Assembly (NCBI GenBank): GCA_963664195.1
Contig: OY760907.1
Location: forward strand, 1,920,001-1,984,000
DNA from: an uncultured candidate division Zixibacteria bacterium
GTDB lineage: Bacteria > Zixibacteria > MSB-5A5 > GN15 > FEB-12
Reading direction: 5' to 3'
Length of the DNA stretch: 64,000 nt
The position numbers and the translations under genes are program-made. Below are positions 39,552 through 49,421 of this stretch, piece after piece. Position 1 is the first letter of the stretch. Each line of letters begins with the position of its first letter. The notes beneath the pieces were generated by a model. That model was given only the letters and a program-made list of their open reading frames with translations. It made no database searches and was not told the DNA's origin.

Positions 39552-40872
39552 CGCAGTGGGGAATAGACCAGGCTCGCACTCTGGCAATTTCGTTTGACTC
39601 TCTGGGTGCGCACAAACTCAGAACCCTGCTCACCATGCTTGGTGTTATCATGGGCGTTGCGGCGGTGGTAGCCATGCTCTCGATCGGCGAGGGAGCCAAG
39701 CAGGAAGCAATGGAGCAGATATCGATCCTCGGTATCAATAACATCATTGTCAAAGCCAAGATTCCGGAGGTAACCCCCGGCAGCAATGAGTCGCTGGCCC
39801 GCTCTCCCGGGCTTACGCTCCAGGACGGCAAGAACATTGCCGGTTTTTCTGACCTGGTAGTGAATGTCGTGCCTCAGCGGTACGAACCGGTTTCGACGAT
39901 TCTTCACGGATCGGCCGAGGCGTCGGTGCGGGTTGTCGCGACCATGCCGTCGTTTGTGTATTCGTCGTCTATCGAAGTTGAGTACGGTCGATTTATTACC
40001 AAGCGCGACAACGATGACTTCTCTGAGGTCTGTGTACTGGGGGCGAAAGCCAAGCGGCAGTTGTTTGCGTTTGAGAATCCGATCGGAGAGACCGTCCGCA
40101 TAGGCGACTACGATTTCACCGTAGTCGGCGTCATGTCGGACAAGTATATCGGTCGTGGCAAGGTGGAAGGGAAGGTCTGGAACTGAAGAACTTCAACGAG
40201 GACGTTTACATACCGTTCCGTACGGCTGAGAAAAAGTTTGATCGCGTGGCCGAGGACGAAGGGCACATGAGCGGTTTTATTGTCATCAGCGGTGAGTCTT
40301 CGGGTGGTCAGGAGTACAATACTCCGGAGATTGACCAGTTGACCGTCACGGTTGCCGACATCAACCTTGTACCGGCGGTCTCAAAACTGATCGAACGGGT
40401 TTTGGAACGTCGCCACGCAAGAATCAGAGACTACGAAATCGTGGTCCCCGAATCGCTGCTCCGGCAGTCACAGAAAACACAGCAGATCTTCAATATCGTT
40501 ATGGGGGCAATAGCCGGGCTTTCGTTGCTGGTGGGTGGTATCGGCATCATGAACATCATGCTTGCCACCGTGCTGGAACGCACCCGCGAGATAGGGGTTC
40601 GCCGCGCGGTCGGTGCCACACGGGATGATATTCTTCGCCAGTTCCTTGCCGAGGCGGTGGTGATTTGTCTTCTCGGGTGCATAATCGGTTTGGCCCTGGG
40701 GTTGGTTATATCGCGCGTCATTTCGTACTATGCTGAATGGCCGACGATCGTGTCTGTGTTCTCGATCATTCTGTCGGTTGGCGTGTCGACTGCGGTCGGC
40801 GTGATCTTCGGCATCTATCCGGCGCACAAGGCGGCCAAACTCGACGTTATTGAGTCATTGAGGTACGAATAA
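39548..40872 (+). pseudogene. MacB/FtsX-like ABC permease split by a 5-bp duplication frameshift
   Basis: N half (LRTLLTMLGVIMGVAAVVAM) and C half (GGIGIMNIMLATVLERTREIGVRRAVGA, GIYPA) rejoin as KVEGLELKNFNEDVYIP if one GAAGG of the pair at 40166-40175 is removed (439 aa). Confidence 0.85.
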
Positions 40873-40895
40873 ACTCCATTGATATAGAGGTTCCC

Positions 40896-42410
40896 ATGAG
40901 ACGATCGGTCTCACACAAGTTCAGTCGACTGGTTGCACTAATCCTGATGCTTGCCGTGTGTTTGATTTCGTCGGGCAATGCCCGCGAACTGACATTGAAT
41001 CAGGCTCTGGACCAGGCCCTGGGACATACTGCCCGAGGTGGGATGATCAAGGGTAATCTGGAAGTCGCCGAACAACAGTACAAGGCGCGGCGGATCAATA
41101 TGTTCCTGCCGGAGATTTCCATCAACGGTTCCCTGCCGACTTACAGCCGTGATAACAGCTACCGTGCGTTTAATAATGCCTTCGACCGTCGGTTGTTCGA
41201 AACCACCAATCTCGATTTCAATTCCTTCATTGAGTTGAAGCAGTCACTCATAACGGGAGGAACGCTGACGGCCACGGCCGACCTGACCAAGAATGACTAC
41301 GAGTATCCGTTTAATGAGATTGACATGAGAATCGATGAATTCGGTGACACCTCCTACGTTACGACCCGGCGATTCGTCACAGAGGACACGCGTCAGGGAT
41401 CGTTCCGATTCTCGCTTGATCAGCCGCTGTTCAGACCGTCGCAGGTGAAGTATGACCTGCATAATCGCAGAGACGACTATGAAATCGCCAAAATGACCCA
41501 CATTGAGGAGCGCGCCACGCTGAAAAAAGAGATGACCGAGGCGTACATGAGCGTGCTGCAATCGACTATCAGCCTCGAGATGACCGCCGACAAGCTCGAA
41601 AAGGCGAAGCTCAGAACCGCCATTGACTCGGCGAAACTGGCCGATGGTGTGCTCTCCGAGGAAGACTACTTGCTGTCGGCGTCCGACCGGCTCGATGCCG
41701 AACTGGAGCATTTTGAAAAACGCACCGAAACAGAGGAGCTTCGTCGCGAGCTGGCAACCCTGCTGGATATGGACATCGACATTGATCTTGAGCTTTCCGA
41801 GCCGGTGCTGACTCCCCCGCCGGATCAGGACGCCCGGGATCGTCTCGCCGAGGCCTGGGAACAAACGGTGCCGATCAATAAGGCCCGCCACCAGTTTGAC
41901 AAGGCTGAACGTCAGGCAGGTTTCTCTGCCTCGGGTCACCGTATCACGGGCGACTTGAAAGCGAGTTATCAGTTTGGTCGAGGCGATGTCTACAAGGACT
42001 ACGCCGACGATGAGAAGATCGAAACTTCAGGTCTTTCGATTTCGCTGCAGTTCCGTGTCCCTCTCTGGGACGGTGGTGCCGGCAGCGCTGCTACCAAGGC
42101 CGCCAGGTACGAGGCGGAGCAGGCCAGGTACGAGTATATGCGGGCAGAGCGGTCGGCTCAGGCCCAGATTATCAACCTCTGCAACCAGTTGGATGTCAGC
42201 TACCAGCGTCTTGACATCAAGCGGCAGCAGATTGATTTGGCCGGGAATCGGCTCGATATCGCCAAAACCCGTCATGAAGATGGGCAGATTTCTATGTTGA
42301 CCCTGCTGGAAAGCCGGATATTTTACCTTGAGAGTAAAAACAGCTACCTTGATGAGTTGAAATCGTATCTGGTGAACCAGATAGAGCTTGAAGGCAAATT
42401 CATAAACTAA
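40896..42410 (+). CDS. TolC-family outer-membrane efflux protein
   Basis: Signal peptide, LTLNQAL, LDQPLF and VPLWDGG motifs, helical repeats; operon context. Confidence 0.8.
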   Translation: MRRSVSHKFSRLVALILMLAVCLISSGNARELTLNQALDQALGHTARGGMIKGNLEVAEQQYKARRINMFLPEISINGSLPTYSRDNSYRAFNNAFDRRLFETTNLDFNSFIELKQSLITGGTLTATADLTKNDYEYPFNEIDMRIDEFGDTSYVTTRRFVTEDTRQGSFRFSLDQPLFRPSQVKYDLHNRRDDYEIAKMTHIEERATLKKEMTEAYMSVLQSTISLEMTADKLEKAKLRTAIDSAKLADGVLSEEDYLLSASDRLDAELEHFEKRTETEELRRELATLLDMDIDIDLELSEPVLTPPPDQDARDRLAEAWEQTVPINKARHQFDKAERQAGFSASGHRITGDLKASYQFGRGDVYKDYADDEKIETSGLSISLQFRVPLWDGGAGSAATKAARYEAEQARYEYMRAERSAQAQIINLCNQLDVSYQRLDIKRQQIDLAGNRLDIAKTRHEDGQISMLTLLESRIFYLESKNSYLDELKSYLVNQIELEGKFIN

Positions 42411-43451
42411 ATGGGTCAGAAAATTCTCATCCGCACGCCCAATCATCTCGGTGATTGCGTTATGGCGCTGCCCATGATCAACGAGGCGAGAGAAGCTTAC
42501 CCCGGTGCCTCGATTACGATTCTCACCCCGGAGCACCTGCAGGAGTTATTCCATCGCAATCCCGGTGTTGATAAGATTCTGACTATTCCGTCCAGTCACG
42601 TCCACGGCGTGATGGCGATTTTCAAGATCAAAGAGATTATCGCTCCGCACAATTTCGAGATTGGTTTCATCCTGCCCCCTTCGTTTGGCGCCGCCAGCGG
42701 GTTCAAACTGGCCGGGATAAAGGAACGGATCGGATACATCGCCGACGGCCGTCGTTTGCTCCTCTCAAAGCCGCTGCCGCTGCCGACTCCGTTGAATTCC
42801 GAGCATCGTTCGACCATCTATTTTGATCTTCTCCGGCGCGGTTCCGGCAAAGAGCTGGAATATGTGAAGCCGAAACTATTCCTCGATGAGGAAGACGGCC
42901 GTCAGGGGATGGAGCTGCTCTCGGGCTACGGAATCAAGGAAGACGACAATTACGCTGTCGTGGCGTTTCGCGCAGTGGGAGAGTCGCGACGATGGGGCAT
43001 CGACAATTACACCGAGTTGTCGCGGCGGTTGATCGACCAATTTGAGATGAAAGTAGTTCTCGTTGGTTCCAGCGCCGATCGCGAAAACGGCGAGGAGATC
43101 ATCGTCGGTGCTGGTAACGGGCGTATCGCCAACCTGGCGGGGAAGACCTCGCTGCGGGAGCTGGCCGCTATCTGTGCCAACGCCGAGGTGTTTGTCGGCA
43201 ACGATTCAGGACCCGCTCATCTGGCGGCCTCGGTCGGCATCCCGATTGTTGTGTTGTCAGGAGCCGATGATCCCAAGGAAACCTCGCCGATATCGAGCCA
43301 GAAGCGATTGATCTATCGCGATACCCTCGAGTGCATTAGCTGCGTCAAGAATAAGTGTCCGATGAAGGGAGACGATGCTATGCGATGCATGAAAGAAATC
43401 GCGGTCGACGATGTCGTTCTGCAGATTCACGAACTCCTGGGCATTGCTTAA
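42411..43451 (+). CDS. waaF: Lipopolysaccharide heptosyltransferase II (GT9)
   Basis: PNHLGDCVMALP, RRWG, LAGKTSL, VGNDSGPAHLAA. Confidence 0.85.
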   Translation: MGQKILIRTPNHLGDCVMALPMINEAREAYPGASITILTPEHLQELFHRNPGVDKILTIPSSHVHGVMAIFKIKEIIAPHNFEIGFILPPSFGAASGFKLAGIKERIGYIADGRRLLLSKPLPLPTPLNSEHRSTIYFDLLRRGSGKELEYVKPKLFLDEEDGRQGMELLSGYGIKEDDNYAVVAFRAVGESRRWGIDNYTELSRRLIDQFEMKVVLVGSSADRENGEEIIVGAGNGRIANLAGKTSLRELAAICANAEVFVGNDSGPAHLAASVGIPIVVLSGADDPKETSPISSQKRLIYRDTLECISCVKNKCPMKGDDAMRCMKEIAVDDVVLQIHELLGIA

Positions 43452-43618
43452 CGCCGCGCCCGATTCCCCACCTCACAATCCCGATAGTTGAATTCTCCTT
43501 CGTGGCGAAAACTTGGATTTCTTTCGTAGGGCAGGTTTGTCCTCAGTGTATAGTATCATGAGATAGGTAACAAGTTGTGTCAGGACATAGGTTACACTTT
43601 TGGTGTATCTTGAGTCTT

Positions 43619-43680
43619 GTAGGTCAGAACCCCTGCGGCTCTGACAGGAAGATGTCGAGACTACAGGAGTCTCGACCTAC
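43619..43680. repeat. Inverted pair of GTAG-type REP palindromes (REPIN-like)
   Basis: GTAGGTCAGA-ACCCCTGCGGC-TCTGAC on plus and GTAGGTCGAGACT-CCTGT-AGTCTCGAC on minus. Confidence 0.6.
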
Positions 43681-43707
43681 GACAACCCGTCGATGCTTGC
43701 ACCATCT

Positions 43708-43971
43708 CTATTTCGTTGCGAAAAACTGGAAGTAAATCAGGACTGACAGGACGAGTGTGAAAAGGATCCCCGAAAGGAAGCCGGTGCGAAACGTGTCCAG
43801 CTTCTTGAGCGGGTTCTTCTGTTTTCTCGATGACCCGCCAAGCTCCGCATGGCAATGCTTGCATCGGGTGGCGCCGACCGCGATTTTCTCGCGACAGAAA
43901 GGGCATCGGGCTGTTTCTACGGCGACAGACATGGGGGGAATTATCTGCGGTTCAGAGCGTTTGATCAACAA
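43708..43971 (-). CDS. Small zinc-ribbon membrane protein
   Basis: CPFC-x10-CKHC and a C-terminal TM helix; start uncertain. Confidence 0.55.
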   Translation of the reverse strand: MLIKRSEPQIIPPMSVAVETARCPFCREKIAVGATRCKHCHAELGGSSRKQKNPLKKLDTFRTGFLSGILFTLVLSVLIYFQFFATK

Positions 43972-44037
43972 AAATCCGGCGGAGGCGTTTCGCCATCTCT
44001 TCGTGACTCAGGTTAAACGAATGCCGCAAGGTTGCTT

Positions 44038-44065
44038 CGCAGGTCTGTCTTCAGACCTGCGCTAC
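44038..44065 (-). repeat. GTAG-type REP palindrome
   Basis: Minus strand GTAG-CGCAGGTCTG-AAGA-CAGACCTGCG. Confidence 0.6.
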
Positions 44066-44080
44066 CGAAGCGTGAATGCT

Positions 44081-44419
44081 CTACTTCTCCGACTTCTCCA
44101 TGCCTGTTGTTTCGGTTGAATTCTCGAAACCGATCGGTTTGGTCACCTGGTGCGGAGTGCCGTGGACTTTGATTTCGCCGAATTGTCCCTCGAATTTCTT
44201 CAAGTTTTCTTCGAGTGCCCTGTGCATCAGCTTGGCGTGCATCGGGGTCATGATGATGCGCGACAGCACCCTCGCTTTGGGTGAGCGCGGCATTACGCGG
44301 GCGAAATCGATTATCATCTCCGTAGCCGAATGAGTTATCATCGCCAGATTGGCGTAAATCCCTTCAGCTTCTTTGTCGCCGAGTTCGATATTGATCTGGT
44401 GTTGCGATTGGGGGTTCAT
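44081..44419 (-). CDS. DUF3467-family protein
   Basis: INIEL...GIYANLAMITHS..E.IIDF...P.ARV.SRIIMTP.HAK...AL.EN...FE..FGEI. Confidence 0.85.
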   Translation of the reverse strand: MNPQSQHQINIELGDKEAEGIYANLAMITHSATEMIIDFARVMPRSPKARVLSRIIMTPMHAKLMHRALEENLKKFEGQFGEIKVHGTPHQVTKPIGFENSTETTGMEKSEK

Positions 44420-44557
44420 GGGCTATATCCTCTTGAACGTCAATAGGGTGCTTCTTCGCTTGTATCGGGAACCGAAGTTTAATATATTTGGCCCTTGTGT
44501 CAATTGAATTGTGGGAACGGAGGCAGAGATACTGCCATCTCGCTGAATTGGAGAAAC

Positions 44558-45583
44558 ATGTCTCTCGGGCGTGAGCGTATTGAGCATATTACCGACTCGA
44601 TCGGTAAGGCTAAAGTCCTGATTCTTGGCGACACCATGCTGGATGAGTATCTCTTCGGCAAGGTCGAACGAATATCCCCGGAAGCCCCTGTTCCGGTGGT
44701 GGACATAGAATCCAACCGACAACTGCTCGGCGGTGCGGCCAACGTGGCAGCCAACATCCGGGCACTCGGCGACGAACCCATCCTGGTGGGAACGGTCGGT
44801 GAGGACGATGCCGCCTCGAATCTCAGGCGTCTTCTCGCGGACAAAGACATAGCCTCCGAATACCTCGTGGTCGACCAATCACGCCAGACTACTATCAAAA
44901 CCCGCATCATGGCCCATAACCAGCAGGTTGTTCGCGCGGATCGAGAGACTCGTCACGAACTCTCAGAGGATATCGAAAACGAAGTTTTTGATCGTATCAT
45001 AAGAGTCGCGGACTCGATTGCCGCAATTATCATCTCTGACTACGGTAAAGGTGTCATCACGCTGTCGCTTCTTAGGCGAGTGATAGAGCTTTGCCAGGAG
45101 AAAAAGATATTCATCGCGGTCGATCCCAAAGAAACCCGCTTTCACAATTATGAACGCGTATCGCTCATCACGCCCAACCACCTCGAGGCCGGGTTTGCCT
45201 GGGGACGGCGGATCAACACCGAGGAAGACCTGCTTGAGGTTGGCAACGGTTTGCTTGAAAAGCTCCAGGCGGAAAACATTTTGATCACGCGTGGTGCCCA
45301 GGGGATGTCGCTGTTCCGTTCCGGCCAAGAGCCGACACATATTCCGACTTTTGCACGTCGAGTGTACGATGTCACCGGTGCCGGTGATACCGTCATCGCG
45401 ACTTTTGTCTCGGCTATCGCTGCCGGGGCCGATCCGGTCGAGGCAGCGATAGTCGCCAACGCCGGGGCCGGATTCACGGTTGCCGAGGTGGGGACGGCCT
45501 CAATCACGTTGGCCGATCTCAAGAGAGAACTCGAGCACCACATCAAAAACGGCAACCTGGACACCGACAGTCTTCAGGCCTGA
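44558..45583 (+). CDS. rfaE1: D-glycero-beta-D-manno-heptose-7-phosphate kinase (HldE kinase domain)
   Basis: RISPEAPVPVV, GGAANVA, SDYGKG, ITPN, DVTGAGDTV. Confidence 0.9.
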   Translation: MSLGRERIEHITDSIGKAKVLILGDTMLDEYLFGKVERISPEAPVPVVDIESNRQLLGGAANVAANIRALGDEPILVGTVGEDDAASNLRRLLADKDIASEYLVVDQSRQTTIKTRIMAHNQQVVRADRETRHELSEDIENEVFDRIIRVADSIAAIIISDYGKGVITLSLLRRVIELCQEKKIFIAVDPKETRFHNYERVSLITPNHLEAGFAWGRRINTEEDLLEVGNGLLEKLQAENILITRGAQGMSLFRSGQEPTHIPTFARRVYDVTGAGDTVIATFVSAIAAGADPVEAAIVANAGAGFTVAEVGTASITLADLKRELEHHIKNGNLDTDSLQA

Positions 45584-45647
45584 TGACGGCATCGACCAGC
45601 CACTCCGTGAGACGACACAAACTGCATCGGAGATCGAAAGGAAAACA

Positions 45648-46568
45648 ATGAAACGACTGCTTATCGCGCTGGCCCTGCTGGCTCTCTTCGGATGTTCATC
45701 CGAAGGCCCCAAAGACTCAACTCCCCTTGAGTTCACTTTCAGCCCTCCCGATTCAGTCACCTACACGGAAGTGTCTGTCTCTGAGCGCATTCAGAAGTTT
45801 GGCGACGCCGACCCGATGATCGACAGCACTCGAGCCTATGCCGTTCATACGCTGGTTGCGACCGATAGCGGCTATGAGTTGCAGAGCCGGACAGATTCGA
45901 TGTACACCACACGCAACGGTGAATTGCTCGATGATCCGACTCGCGAGATTCTGCCCCGGGTTACTTTCGTGCGAGTGATGGACACCGGTGGTACCGCTCT
46001 CGACATTCTTGGGTACGACAGGTTTTATGCTCTAATCGACTCCTCTCTCGATCCTCAGTTTGCGGCTCGCATGAAGCAGAATATGCCGCCACGAATGATG
46101 GTGGAACGCGAACTCCTGACCTGGAACACCAAGCACGGGCAACTGGCTTCGCTCAACGCTGGACTCAACGAACGAGTGTATGAGTCATCCCCGATGCCGC
46201 TTCCTAACGGCGATTCGCTTGCCAGTTTCCAATCAGCGGAGATCATTGACACTTTCAGGACTGACGGCGTTCTATTGGCCCGCGTGAAAACGCACTCGCA
46301 CACCGATCTCCGTGCCCTCGCAGCTTTGTTGCCGCCGACTTTCGACGAACTCAAGGAAATGTATAAGATCGACGATAGTGTTGTTGCCGCCAACGCCGAA
46401 AAACATATCGTTATCAGCGAGACCGTGGAAACGGTCGTCGAAGTTGAAACGATGCTGATACACTCTGAATCGCGACGGCAGGAGATCGACATCGATCAGA
46501 CCGGCTCCGGCGGACAGGTAATGAAGATTAACGTGGTCGAAACCAATCATGCGGAATTCACCTACTGA
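45648..46568 (+). CDS. Hypothetical lipoprotein
   Basis: Start MKRLLIALALLALFGC (lipobox) after AGGA. Confidence 0.7.
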   Translation: MKRLLIALALLALFGCSSEGPKDSTPLEFTFSPPDSVTYTEVSVSERIQKFGDADPMIDSTRAYAVHTLVATDSGYELQSRTDSMYTTRNGELLDDPTREILPRVTFVRVMDTGGTALDILGYDRFYALIDSSLDPQFAARMKQNMPPRMMVERELLTWNTKHGQLASLNAGLNERVYESSPMPLPNGDSLASFQSAEIIDTFRTDGVLLARVKTHSHTDLRALAALLPPTFDELKEMYKIDDSVVAANAEKHIVISETVETVVEVETMLIHSESRRQEIDIDQTGSGGQVMKINVVETNHAEFTY

Positions 46569-46571
46569 TCT

Positions 46572-47030
46572 ATGCTGACAGCGAGGAAAGACGCCGGCAA
46601 TCTCGGCGAGAATCTCCGACGGCAGGGCATGAAAATCGTCTTCACCAACGGTGTGTTTGACGTTCTTCATCGCGGCCATGTTGACTATCTCGCGAAAGCG
46701 AAGTCATTCGGCGACATTCTGATAGTCGGACTGAACTCCGACAAATCCGTCCGGTCGATCAAAGGGCCGTCGCGACCGCTCCAGAATCAGCGGGACCGGG
46801 CGGCGATTCTGTTGGCCCTGAAAGCGGTCGACTTCGTGATCGTGTTTGGCGAGGACACGCCCGACAAGCTCATCAGGCAGTTGAGGCCGCACGTCCTGGT
46901 GAAAGGCGCGGACTACAAGATCTCAGAAATCGTCGGCGCCCACTTTGTGAAGTCGATCGGGGGAGAGGTGAAACGAGTCCGACTATCCAAGGGGCGATCC
47001 TCGACCGGTTTGATCGAGAAGATGTCGTAG
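46572..47030 (+). CDS. rfaE2: D-glycero-beta-D-manno-heptose-1-phosphate adenylyltransferase
   Basis: VFTNGVFDVLHRGH, VGLNSDKSV, RP, LVKGADY, SST. Confidence 0.9.
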   Translation: MLTARKDAGNLGENLRRQGMKIVFTNGVFDVLHRGHVDYLAKAKSFGDILIVGLNSDKSVRSIKGPSRPLQNQRDRAAILLALKAVDFVIVFGEDTPDKLIRQLRPHVLVKGADYKISEIVGAHFVKSIGGEVKRVRLSKGRSSTGLIEKMS

Positions 47031-47104
47031 GGTGGACCGTTGCCGTGTGAGCGGCAATCGATGCTTCCTTGCATTTTCATCGGCCAGTTGTTATCTACAA
47101 AACT

Positions 47105-47731
47105 ATGAACGTCGACATTGACAGCGGAAAAATGTCTCTTCAGGAACAACTTGTATCTGAGGGTTACTGGGTGGCCTGCGCGGCGAAATCTCTCGATGAG
47201 GGCAGGTTCTCTGTCGCGGTGCGGTTATGCAAAGAGCATCTGCCCGATCAGCCGGACTTGATTTCCGGGCATCTGGTCTACGGTCGTGCACTCTTTCAGG
47301 CCGGGCAGGCCGAATCAGCGGCGGATCAGTTTCACCGCGTACTCGCCTTTGATCCGGAGAATCTCGTAGCGCTGAAATATCTTGGTGACGTCAAATTCGC
47401 TTCCGGTGATGAACTGGCCGCCATGGCCAACTACCGTCGCATTCTCGAAATCGACCCTCTCTGTTGCGGCTTGAAGTCAAGTGTGCGGAAACCCTCGTCG
47501 GAGAAGACTCGCTCCATCACGCTCAATCGTCCGGCCGCGCAGGAAACAGGCAAACGCTCCTCGCGGGAGATCCCTTTCTTTACCGAGACGATGGGTGATC
47601 TGTACCTCGCACAGGGGTACAATCGGTTGGCGTCGAGAGTCTTCAACCATCTTATCGAACACAACGAAAACCCCCGTCTGGCCGAGAAACTGGCCCGCGC
47701 ACAGGGGAAGATAAAGGACAAGGAGAGTTAA
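47105..47731 (+). CDS. Tetratricopeptide repeat protein
   Basis: Helical TPR pattern (YGRALFQAG...VLAFDPENLVALKYLGD; TMGDLYLAQG). Start uncertain. Confidence 0.7.
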   Translation: MNVDIDSGKMSLQEQLVSEGYWVACAAKSLDEGRFSVAVRLCKEHLPDQPDLISGHLVYGRALFQAGQAESAADQFHRVLAFDPENLVALKYLGDVKFASGDELAAMANYRRILEIDPLCCGLKSSVRKPSSEKTRSITLNRPAAQETGKRSSREIPFFTETMGDLYLAQGYNRLASRVFNHLIEHNENPRLAEKLARAQGKIKDKES

Positions 47732-47733
47732 CC

Positions 47734-48807
47734 ATGTCAGTCAAGCGCATTGCTGAATTGCGGAAACAGTACAAAGCCGAAAACCTCGATGGCATGATAA
47801 TGACCGACCTCAACCAGGTCCGCTACTTGACCGGATTCACCGGCAGCGCCGGACTGCTTGCAATTACCGACAAGAGATCGGAGTTCTTCACCGACTCTCG
47901 CTACACTGTCCAGGCCAAAAAACAGGTCAAGGGTGCCAGAGTCTACACGGTCAAGAGTCAGCCGATAGCTGCACTGAAGGATTTCCCGTACTTCAATACC
48001 AAAAACGCCCGATACGGCTTCTCCGGCGAAACACTAAGTGTCAGCTCACTCAAATCTCTCCAGGGCGTGTTGTCCGACTGTCTTCTGATTCCGGCCGATA
48101 GCATGTTGACTGAGCTGGGCTGGGTCAAAGATCGTGATGAAATCGCTCTGATCAAACAGGCCTGCGAGATTTCCGATACCGCTTTCGAGCGCATTCTCCA
48201 GTTGGTCGCACCGGGTATTCGGGAACGTGAATTGACTGCCGAGCTTGAGTATCAGATGATGATGCTGGGATCGGAGAAACCGGCCTTTGAGACTATTTGC
48301 GCCTCCGGTTACCGCTCGGCAATGCCGCACGGAATAGCATCGGACAAGAAGGTCAGAAAGGGTGATTTTGTGACATTTGATTTTGGAGCCACGGTTGGTG
48401 GGTACGTTTCCGACATGACCCGCACGGTTGTTGTTGGCAGGGCCGATGCAAAGCAGAAGAAAATCTACGGCACGGTGTTGAAAGCCCAAATGGCGGGTGT
48501 TCGCAAGGTCAAAGCAGGTGTTTCCGGCAAGGTCGTTGATGACGCCTGTCGTAAGATTATCACCAGAGCCGGATATGGCAAGAATTTCGGTCACGGCACT
48601 GGCCACGGCATCGGGTTTGTCGTCCACACGGGGCCGCGAGTGTCTCCGCTGTCCGACGATAAATTGAAGCCCAACAACATAGTAACGGTAGAGCCGGGGA
48701 TTTATCTCGACGGCTGGGGCGGGGTGCGAATCGAGGACGATGTCCTGGTCACCCGGACCGGCGGTACGGTGCTGAACAAAGCGGAAAAAAAGTTGTTGGA
48801 ACTGTAA
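47734..48807 (+). CDS. Xaa-Pro aminopeptidase (M24)
   Basis: YLTGFTGS, TDSRY, PHG, DFGA..GY.SDMTRT, HGTGHGIG, TVEPGIY, GVRIEDD. Confidence 0.92.
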   Translation: MSVKRIAELRKQYKAENLDGMIMTDLNQVRYLTGFTGSAGLLAITDKRSEFFTDSRYTVQAKKQVKGARVYTVKSQPIAALKDFPYFNTKNARYGFSGETLSVSSLKSLQGVLSDCLLIPADSMLTELGWVKDRDEIALIKQACEISDTAFERILQLVAPGIRERELTAELEYQMMMLGSEKPAFETICASGYRSAMPHGIASDKKVRKGDFVTFDFGATVGGYVSDMTRTVVVGRADAKQKKIYGTVLKAQMAGVRKVKAGVSGKVVDDACRKIITRAGYGKNFGHGTGHGIGFVVHTGPRVSPLSDDKLKPNNIVTVEPGIYLDGWGGVRIEDDVLVTRTGGTVLNKAEKKLLEL

Positions 48808-48903
48808 GGCCCAAACGATATCATCGATTATTAAACGGTGAATTGTCTTGTACCCAGGGCATCGGTGTGCCTATGTGCTGATGCCTGCAGGTGAGGAACT
48901 GAA

Positions 48904-49395
48904 ATGAACGAGAATTATATTAAGAAACTTATAAAGCTGGTTGAAGATTCCGAAATAGAGTGCCTTGAGGTGTCGAACTGGGGACGCAAAATACGTATCA
49001 CTCATCGTCTCAGTGCCACTTCAAACGGTCACAGCGCCACAAATGTGGTCATTCCTCAGCCAGTCACTGCCGCTCCCGCTCCGGCTCCGCAGCCGATTAC
49101 GGCCCCCCCAGCAGTGGAAGCACAGCCCCAACCTGCCGACAATAAGAGTAACTTGGTTGAGATCAAGTCACCCATGGTCGGCACCTTCTATTCGGCGCCC
49201 GCGCCTGATGCCGACCCGTATGTGTCCGTCAACGAGAAGGTTACCTCCGGACAGGTAGTCTGTATCGTTGAGGCCATGAAACTGATGAACGAGATCGAGT
49301 CGGAAGTCAGCGGTCGGATAGTCGAAATTCTCGGCGAAAACGGCAAGCCGGTAGAATTCGGCCAGATCCTTTTCAGGATCGATCCCAAAGGCTGA
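48904..49395 (+). CDS. accB: Acetyl-CoA carboxylase biotin carboxyl carrier protein
   Basis: Pro/Ala linker, [17 protein letters not shown] biotinylation site. Confidence 0.95.
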   Translation: MNENYIKKLIKLVEDSEIECLEVSNWGRKIRITHRLSATSNGHSATNVVIPQPVTAAPAPAPQPITAPPAVEAQPQPADNKSNLVEIKSPMVGTFYSAPAPDADPYVSVNEKVTSGQVVCIVEAMKLMNEIESEVSGRIVEILGENGKPVEFGQILFRIDPKG

Positions 49396-49421
49396 TCCCC
49401 GAGCTCGGGAAAGGGAATTCC

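Noticed and set aside
43708..43971. CKHCH as a heme-binding motif
   Set aside because: It pairs with CPFC as a zinc ribbon, and there is no N-terminal export signal.
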